From Rhizomicrobium sp. (GTDB lineage: Bacteria > Pseudomonadota > Alphaproteobacteria > Micropepsales > Micropepsaceae), in assembly GCA_051959625.1 (NCBI GenBank), contig JBQCFD010000200.1, positions 1 to 54,778 on the forward strand: 54,778 bases of DNA, in the 5' to 3' direction. Under the pieces are notes generated by a model, which was given only the letters and a program-made list of their open reading frames with translations, did no database searches and was not told the DNA's origin. Each line of letters starts with the position of its first letter. Position 1 is the stretch's first letter. Of this stretch, positions 50,285 through 54,778 are shown one piece after another. Both the position numbers and the translations under genes were made by a program.

Positions 50285-51094
50285 ATGGGCGACAACATGC
50301 TCGTGCGTGTGGAACGCGACGGCCCGGTGACGATCGTGGTCATCAACAGACCGGACGCGCGTAACGCCGTGGACCGGCCAACCGCAGACGCCCTGGCCCG
50401 GGCATTTCTCGAATTCGAGAAGGACGATAACGCGTTGGCCGCAGTGCTCTGCGGCGAAGGCGGGACGTTCTGCGCCGGCGCGGATTTGAAAGGCGTGGCC
50501 GAGCAGCGCGGCAATCAGGTCACGCGGATCGTTCCGGAGACGCTCGATTCGCTTGCGGCCGATGGGCCCATGGGCCCGTCCCGGATGCGGCTATCCAAGC
50601 CCGTGATTGCGGCGGTATCCGGCCACGCCGTCGCCGGGGGCTTGGAACTCGCGCTGTGGTGCGATCTGCGCGTTGTGGAAGAGGACGCGGTGTTCGGCGT
50701 GTTCTGCCGCCGCTGGGGCGTGCCTCTGATCGACGGCGGCACGGTGCGCCTGCCGCGCCTCATCGGGCAAAGCCGCGCGCTCGACATGATCCTCACGGGC
50801 CGTCCGGTGGGCGCGATGGAAGCCTTCGCCATGGGCCTTGCCAATCGCGTCGTGCCCAAGGGCGAAGCGCGCAAGGCGGCGACCGCGCTCGCACAGGAGA
50901 TCGCGCGGTTCCCGCAAGCGTGCATGAAAGGCGATCGTTCGTCCGTATACGAACAATTCGCGCTCGACTACGCGCATGCCATGGCGAACGAACTGGAGCA
51001 TGGTCTCGCCACTCTCCGAAGCGGCGAAGCGCTGAGAGGCGCCGCGCGATTTGCAGAAGGTAAAGGCCGGGGCGGAAGCTTCGATAACATCTGA
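50285..51094 (+). CDS. Enoyl-CoA hydratase/isomerase family protein
   Basis: FCAGADL, AVAGGLELAL and RRWGVPLIDGG. Confidence 0.92.
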   Translation: MGDNMLVRVERDGPVTIVVINRPDARNAVDRPTADALARAFLEFEKDDNALAAVLCGEGGTFCAGADLKGVAEQRGNQVTRIVPETLDSLAADGPMGPSRMRLSKPVIAAVSGHAVAGGLELALWCDLRVVEEDAVFGVFCRRWGVPLIDGGTVRLPRLIGQSRALDMILTGRPVGAMEAFAMGLANRVVPKGEARKAATALAQEIARFPQACMKGDRSSVYEQFALDYAHAMANELEHGLATLRSGEALRGAARFAEGKGRGGSFDNI

Positions 51095-51199
51095 CTCCTT
51101 ATTGTTGCCCCATTCCTTGCGCATAAGCGCCACGCCTAAGGGGGCATGTGCGGGGAGCAGTCCCGCACGAGGCGGACGACAACGAGATCTACCGGCGCA

Positions 51200-51946
51200 A
51201 TGGCCAGGCTCATCATTGCCATCGTAACGCTCATTCTTGCGAGCGCCGCGGTTCCCGCATGCGCGCAGGATCCGTTGACGGGCAGGATCGAACGCCTGGG
51301 CGAAATCCAGCCGGGCACCTATCAAGCCGGCGACAGGGTGAAGTTCGCGCTCGTCAAGGACGACGACAATTTCCTGCTGCGCTTCGACGACAATCCGGAA
51401 GTGTTCGTTCTCTATGCCGGACGCGCCTCGCTCGGCGGCCGCGTGCTCAAATATGATTCCGGCGAAACCGCTTTGCAGGTTGCGAGCTGGGGCGGCATCA
51501 CTCTCTACACCGATGCCGCTCCCAACGGTCTGCCCGCGGAGCGCATCGGCGATGCCGTCGCACCGAGCCCGCCGGAAGTTTCGCTCACCGACATCCAGAA
51601 CGCCGCCGACGATGAAAGCGAGCATCTCGCTTATATGCGCGGATTGCGCATGACGGTGACGGCGGACTGGGCGAGCCTTGCCGCGAGCCCGGCGGCTTAT
51701 ACGCTTGCGTTCGACACCATGGAGAACGCCGTGCGCGGACTCGATCGCTTCAGCTACAACGCCGCAGGCCGAGAAGCGCTGGCGCATCATGTCGACACGG
51801 TGAAGATCGAACCCGCCGGCAGACCGACGCTCACGCTCAAGCTGAAGACGCTGACCGTGACGTTCAATCCAAATCGCGGTTATGAAGGCCGCGCGTCTTC
51901 GCGCGCGATCGCCCGCGCGCTCGGCGCGATTTTTCCCAGGCGCTAG
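51200..51946 (+). CDS. Secreted DUF4908-like protein
   Basis: Signal peptide; LLRFDDNPEVFVL, KYDSGE, GGITLYT and GRASS. Confidence 0.7.
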   Translation: MARLIIAIVTLILASAAVPACAQDPLTGRIERLGEIQPGTYQAGDRVKFALVKDDDNFLLRFDDNPEVFVLYAGRASLGGRVLKYDSGETALQVASWGGITLYTDAAPNGLPAERIGDAVAPSPPEVSLTDIQNAADDESEHLAYMRGLRMTVTADWASLAASPAAYTLAFDTMENAVRGLDRFSYNAAGREALAHHVDTVKIEPAGRPTLTLKLKTLTVTFNPNRGYEGRASSRAIARALGAIFPRR

Positions 51947-52346
51947 GCATTTCCGCGAGTTCGAATTTCTCGAACAGGAATCCCGGCGCCACGGTGCATC
52001 CCGCGAGTGTGTAGGAGCCCGTGGAGCGCGCAGCCTGCCAACAGCCCGCCGGGACGACGACCTGCGGGCGCTCGCCCTTCGCCAGATCGCCGCCCAGCAC
52101 ATGGCGTTTCGGATGGGCGCGGTCTTTTGCGATCAGCAGTTCGAGCGCAGCGCCGCCATACCAGTGCCACACCTCCGCGGCATCGATGCGATGCCAGCGC
52201 GAGGCTTGCCCTCTCTTCAGCAGGAAATATATCGCCGTCGAATGGCTTCGCCGTCCTCGCGAATCGCGGAATGTCTCGCGAAAATATCCGCCTTCGGGAT
52301 GGGGCTTGAGCTTGAGGATGCGGATGATGCGGTCTGCGCCTGTCAC
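51864..52346 (-). CDS. Cupin_5 (DUF985) protein
   Basis: PHPEGGYFRET, STAIYFLL, WHRI..AEVWHWY.G and CTVAPGF. Confidence 0.9.
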   Translation of the reverse strand: MTGADRIIRILKLKPHPEGGYFRETFRDSRGRRSHSTAIYFLLKRGQASRWHRIDAAEVWHWYGGAALELLIAKDRAHPKRHVLGGDLAKGERPQVVVPAGCWQAARSTGSYTLAGCTVAPGFLFEKFELAEMPSAWEKSRRARGRSRAKTRGLHNRDLD

Positions 52347-52924
52347 GGGCGGGGCTCGCCAAAAGGATTGGGCACGCCTTTTGCGAGCAATGCGCGCGCG
52401 CCGGCCGCGAGCGAGCGCGCATCGTCCAACGCATCGTGCTCCGTCCCTTCGAAGACCGCGCCGCAAAGCCGCGCAACATCGCAGGCATGGTGACCCTCCG
52501 TCGCGATTCCATGCGCGTTCAGCCAGGGCACGATATTGACGTGCCTGGGCAGCGGCGGCAGATCGGTCAATCCATAGAGATCGATATTGTGCAGGAGGAC
52601 GCGGTCGTCGCGCCCGAAAGAGACGATCACGGCGTCTGCGGCGAACGCGATAAAGGAACGATAGGCTTGCGCGAAATCGATGCCGCGCGCGGCAAGCGCC
52701 GTGTTGGTGATGCCGGTGAGCCTTTCGAGATACTCCGACAACCCGGCGTTGATCCGGGGACGGATCAGGACCTCGAATTCCCCCAGCGGATCGAGCGTGA
52801 CGGGGTCCACCTTCACGGCCCCGATCTGCACCACCTCGCGAAACTCGCCGGGTCTCAGCCAGCGGGCAGCCATCGATCCTTCCCAGGCCGTGTATTCGAG
52901 GTCGAAAAGGACAACGCCGGTCAT
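52343..52924 (-). CDS. DEDDh 3'-5' exonuclease (ERI1/KapD-like)
   Basis: FDLEYT, EVVQIGAV, LTGIT and HDALDDA. Confidence 0.87.
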   Translation of the reverse strand: MTGVVLFDLEYTAWEGSMAARWLRPGEFREVVQIGAVKVDPVTLDPLGEFEVLIRPRINAGLSEYLERLTGITNTALAARGIDFAQAYRSFIAFAADAVIVSFGRDDRVLLHNIDLYGLTDLPPLPRHVNIVPWLNAHGIATEGHHACDVARLCGAVFEGTEHDALDDARSLAAGARALLAKGVPNPFGEPRP

Positions 52925-52958
52925 GGCCGCCTGGAAGATGAGAAGAGCGAACAGGGCA

Positions 52959-52983
52959 TTAATCGTGATTAAGACATTCTTAA
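52959..52983. promoter_or_regulatory. CtrA-box-like site
   Basis: Three TTAA half-sites; 52969-52983 is an exact TTAA-N7-TTAA. Confidence 0.65.
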
Positions 52984-53034
52984 TATTGAAGACCGAGGCT
53001 GGCCATCGTTGCGGTTCAACCCTCGAGGCGCCCG

Positions 53035-53715
53035 ATGGCCCTGCCTGCGAACGCAAACAGTCCCGCGGTGGAAGCCTCCGCAAAAGCGGCGCCCAAACCC
53101 CGCTACGACATCACCCATCTGGCCCAACTTCATGACGAGGCGCGCGAAACCGCGGTACTCGCCAATCTTCTCGGCCGCACCCCTTACGCCGCCAGCGCTT
53201 TGGTGGCCGGCGCATGCCTTACGCTCCTGTCCGTCGGCGGCACGATGCCGGTGGCGGAAGCGGCGATCTGGCTGGCGCTGATCCTCTTCGCCGCCGGCGC
53301 GATGATGCGCTGTTACATGCATGCGATCGGCCGGCCGTTCGAACATGGATCGTTGCGCGAATTCGCCTATGACCTGAATGCCATCTGCATCTGTGCGGGG
53401 TTCATCTGGGGCTTGGGCGGGTTCCTCGCGCTCGGACCGCAGACCCCGCCCTGGATGACGGCCCTGTGTGCGGCGGGGCTGCCCGCCTTCTTCGCCGTCT
53501 TCCTGCGGACACGGGAAATTTCGCTGGGCCTGCTTGCACCTTCTGCAATGCTCTTCGCCATCGCCGCGATGTTCCGGCCACTTCCGGAAGGCATGCTGGC
53601 GGCGGCTTTTGTGCTTATTGCCTGCGCTGCCGTCGCGGGCGCAATTTTCTGGACGGACCGGCTTTTTTCAGCGCCAGCCATGCCCGGCAAGCTCGCAGGT
53701 GCACCGCCGATCTAG
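53035..53715 (+). CDS. Hypothetical polytopic membrane protein
   Basis: About 6 TM segments; no cytoplasmic catalytic domain. Confidence 0.65.
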   Translation: MALPANANSPAVEASAKAAPKPRYDITHLAQLHDEARETAVLANLLGRTPYAASALVAGACLTLLSVGGTMPVAEAAIWLALILFAAGAMMRCYMHAIGRPFEHGSLREFAYDLNAICICAGFIWGLGGFLALGPQTPPWMTALCAAGLPAFFAVFLRTREISLGLLAPSAMLFAIAAMFRPLPEGMLAAAFVLIACAAVAGAIFWTDRLFSAPAMPGKLAGAPPI

Positions 53716-53863
53716 CCTTATTTCCGCCTTTCGAAGCGTCCATTCCGGGCTTAAGTTGCTGCCACGCAAAGCGTTCCGGTATCGACGCCATTGTCCCACC
53801 CCGCACGCCTTCTCCCCTCGCCGCTTCATTGCGCATTCCCTGCGCGCACCACAGTGAAAAACC

Positions 53864-54778
53864 ATGAGCTCTAACGCCCTGAAAGACGCCGGCAGCGACA
53901 GCGCCGACGCTGCCCATGCTGCGCAAGCCGACGAGGCGCGCGCGCTCCGCACCATCGCCGCAGGACGCAAATTGCTGAAAGGCAATGACGCCGCACTGGC
54001 GCATTTCTATGACGCGCTGTTTGCCGGCGCTCCGCCCGAGGACATCACGCGCTACGCGCCGGAGTCATTGGCCGCGCTCGCTTCCTTCGTCTTCAACCAT
54101 TCCGCCAGGCGCGTCCCCGGCGACACGCTGGTCGACGTCTTCTCGTTCAACGCGCAGGACGAAAGCGGCGCGCGCACTGAAAGCGTCCTCGTCGCCGTCA
54201 ACGACGACATGCCGTTCCTGTTCGATTCGCTGAGCGCCGCGCTTTCCGCGCAGGGGATTCGGGTGCATGCGCTGTTCCACCCCATCGTGAGCGCGACCCG
54301 CGGCTCCGATGGCACGCGCAACGGCAAAGGCCAGAGCATTCGCGAGAGCGTGATCGTGATGGTGCTCGAAGGCATGGTCGAAGGCGACCGTGCCGCGTCG
54401 CTGATCGAGAACGCGCAGGGCGTGTTCGCGCAGGTACGCCTGGCCGTCCGCGACTGGACGAAGATGCAGGCGCATCTCGCCGAAACCGTGGCGGCGCTGC
54501 GCGCGCATCCGCCCGCGGACAACGCCGAAGAACTGAAGGAAAGCATCGCCTTTCTTGAATGGCTTGGCGACAATCATTTCACATTCCTGGGCGCGCGCGA
54601 TTATACCTACAGCGACAGGGACAGCGGCCATCTCGATCCGATCGCGCATACGGGGCTTGGCGTGCTCTCCGATGCGAGCGCGCGCGTCGTGGGCCGCCGC
54701 GCGGTCCGCGGCGCGCGGACGCCGGCGAAACGCGCCGTCCGGGCCACCCCCGGTCCCCTGATCAAAAACAAGAACAAC
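53864..54778 (+). CDS. gdhB: Large NAD-specific glutamate dehydrogenase, N-terminal part (runs off the window)
   Basis: My translation from ATG 53864 gives VAVNDDMPFLFDS, HPIV, RESVI, AVRDW, FLEWL.DNHFTFLGARDY and GLGVL. Absent from the ORF track because there is no stop in the window. Confidence 0.9.
   Translation, partial: MSSNALKDAGSDSADAAHAAQADEARALRTIAAGRKLLKGNDAALAHFYDALFAGAPPEDITRYAPESLAALASFVFNHSARRVPGDTLVDVFSFNAQDESGARTESVLVAVNDDMPFLFDSLSAALSAQGIRVHALFHPIVSATRGSDGTRNGKGQSIRESVIVMVLEGMVEGDRAASLIENAQGVFAQVRLAVRDWTKMQAHLAETVAALRAHPPADNAEELKESIAFLEWLGDNHFTFLGARDYTYSDRDSGHLDPIAHTGLGVLSDASARVVGRRAVRGARTPAKRAVRATPGPLIKNKNN

Noticed and set aside
51864-51946. 83-nt convergent overlap of the cupin and DUF4908-like genes
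   Set aside because: Most likely simple stop-codon drift giving a non-conserved tail.
54690-54778. Odd sequence at the end of the GDH fragment (LIKNKNN where an LIITK-like motif is expected)
   Set aside because: Probably low-quality sequence at a contig end; not interpreted biologically.

Overview
A 54.8-kb, mostly GC-rich chromosomal segment from an Alphaproteobacterium. Gene content and order suggest a Rhizomicrobium/Micropepsaceae-like lineage, but this is tentative. Most of the window is core genome: fbaB-thiE-efp-suhB, scoAB, mdh, HU, ffh-rpsP-rimM-trmD-rplS, dapF-mtaB-ftsY-yciB, ccmABCD-dsbE, phaB/phaA/phaR, acnA and the 5' part of the large NAD-glutamate dehydrogenase. I saw no rRNA, tRNA, CRISPR array, integrase or transposase. 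Main departures from routine: (1) an AT-richer block at 1-1653 carrying a class I aldolase in its usual syntenic position and a convergent membrane-anchored phosphoribosyltransferase with a non-canonical PRPP loop, whose right edge cuts through a REP-like palindrome pair; (2) REP-like palindromes that supply the start and stop codons of thiE; (3) a ~7.2-kb stress-gene islet splitting phaA from phaB, holding a MerR / glutaredoxin-MauE unit with a mer-like operator, a probably leaderless BrnTA module, and an ArsR-membrane protein-S41 peptidase unit; (4) a GNAT gene wedged into rimM-trmD and a ~10-aa insertion in ribosomal protein L19; (5) CtrA-box-like sites in front of uncharacterised genes. 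All calls come from reading motifs by eye; no searches were run.
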